DNA of 64,000 nucleotides, taken from positions 158,999 through 222,998 of the forward strand of contig NMRA01000620.1 in NCBI GenBank assembly GCA_002633005.1. Direction: 5' to 3'. This stretch comes from Phoronis australis. Lineage: Eukaryota > Animalia > Phoronida. Below the pieces are notes generated by a model, which saw nothing but the letters and a program-made list of their open reading frames with translations, was not told the origin of the DNA and ran no database searches. Below, one piece after another: positions 62,977 to 64,000 of this stretch. The translations under genes and the position numbers were made by a program. Each line of letters starts with the position of its first letter. Position 1 is the first letter of the stretch.

Positions 62977-64000
62977 TGTTGTATTATCTATGTTCACCAC
63001 TAGGTGACGCTCCCGGCATTCCCGTCTCTTATCGCCGGAAGTCGAATAAACGATCACTGTTCTCATCCTCGCCTTGTGTTACTTGATTTATAGTCAAACT
63101 ACCCACGAAATAACTCAACATGGTGGCAACGGTGGGATTATAGAACACTCAAGTAACTATTGAAAGTGATTTTAAAACACTGATTTGACTGTCTAAGTTA
63201 TCGTGAATTTGTGCCAACCTCACCCGTGACCTTACCTCGCCGTCACCGCCTGCGCACAAATCGACAATGACAACCAAAATGCCCGTCATGAATTGGCAGT
63301 ATGAGCCACTTTGCGATTCATTTCGTGCCTTCCGAGCACGAATGGACCTGTTTTTAGTAGACAATGACGTCACCGACACTACTAAGAAAGCGACCAAGAT
63401 AAAAATAGCGCTTGGAGATGAGGGCATGCGCCGGATTCTCAACTCGGGAATGAGCACCACCGACCAGAACAAACCTGAGAAGCTGTACAACTTGATTGAA
63501 CAACAAGTAGATGCAACAACCAAAGTAAACTTTCGCGTACATCGTTTGGAACTCTCAACCATGCGACAGAAGCCTGACGAAACAATCACTGATTACATTT
63601 CTCGCCTGCGAGAAAAGGCAAACAAATGCGAACTGCCTGACGGTGAACTGGCTGAACGGCTAATCGAGATGATAATACTTTCGACACCTTTCGAGGATTT
63701 CAGAAAAGAGTTACTAACAAAAGAAAAAGGCCATCCTATCGCATCAATAATCGAGAAAGGGCGCGAGTATGAAGCCATAAAAGCTTCTGAACAGTCCATA
63801 ACAGAGATGACACGGGGAGCGAAGTCAGTGGACGCAATTACCCCGGCAAGCAACATAGACTGCAGCAACTGCGGGACAAAACACCCACCCAAAAGATGCC
63901 CTGCATTCCATGATGAGTGTTCTCACTGCCACAACAAGGGTCATTGGGAGAAATGCTGCAAAATTAAACGTCGACAAACCCAGGGCACCCATGACAAACA
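62977..64000 (+). mobile_element. Ty3/gypsy (Mag-like) LTR retrotransposon 5' end: 144-bp LTR (62977-63120) plus tRNA-Leu PBS (63121-63139)
   Basis: TGTTG...CAACA termini, internal AATAAA; PBS TGGTGGCAACGGTGGGATT is one mismatch from the complement of the metazoan tRNA-Leu(AAG/UAG) 3' end. Confidence 0.92.
63267..64000 (+). CDS. gag: Gag (or Gag-Pol) of the LTR retrotransposon, open to the window end
   Basis: MTTKMPVMNW...QKPDETITDYISRLREKANKCE (major homology region) ...CSNCGTKHPPKRCPAFHDECSHCHNKGHWEKCC (two zinc knuckles); no stop before 64000, so missing from the ORF track. Confidence 0.92.
   Translation, partial: MTTKMPVMNWQYEPLCDSFRAFRARMDLFLVDNDVTDTTKKATKIKIALGDEGMRRILNSGMSTTDQNKPEKLYNLIEQQVDATTKVNFRVHRLELSTMRQKPDETITDYISRLREKANKCELPDGELAERLIEMIILSTPFEDFRKELLTKEKGHPIASIIEKGREYEAIKASEQSITEMTRGAKSVDAITPASNIDCSNCGTKHPPKRCPAFHDECSHCHNKGHWEKCCKIKRRQTQGTHDK

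Noticed and set aside
63149-63892. Minus-strand ORFs of 146 and 99 aa
   Set aside because: Antisense to the gag frame, which has recognisable retroelement motifs.

Overview
This is AT-rich eukaryotic DNA, most likely from an invertebrate animal. It has GT-AG introns, scaffold gaps at 39779-40085 and 47264-47336, and single-N joins at 7913, 9540, 10442 and 37434. The only host genes I can support are three tandem + strand MFSD4/NaGLT1-like major facilitator transporter genes. Copy 1 is intact (about 471 aa). Copy 2 is intact but has lost its C-terminal tail (about 465 aa). Copy 3 has a frameshift in exon 2, which is also interrupted by a young Ty3/gypsy LTR retrotransposon whose gag ORF runs off the window. 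Most of the rest is nested transposable-element sequence, and many elements have boundaries fixed by terminal repeats and target-site duplications: a 5.4-kb TA-flanked element with a filled/empty site pair, three solo LTRs, and Kolobok-, ISL2EU-, Mutator-, hAT-, Harbinger- and Crypton-like elements. There are also Hero- and CR1-like LINE fragments and a spliced Sola2-like transposase fossil duplicated along with the transporter unit. Paralog comparisons show TA sites converted to TACATGTA, which match transposon excision footprints. All family assignments come from motif recognition by eye; no searches were run. I found no rRNA, CRISPR array or prokaryotic system.
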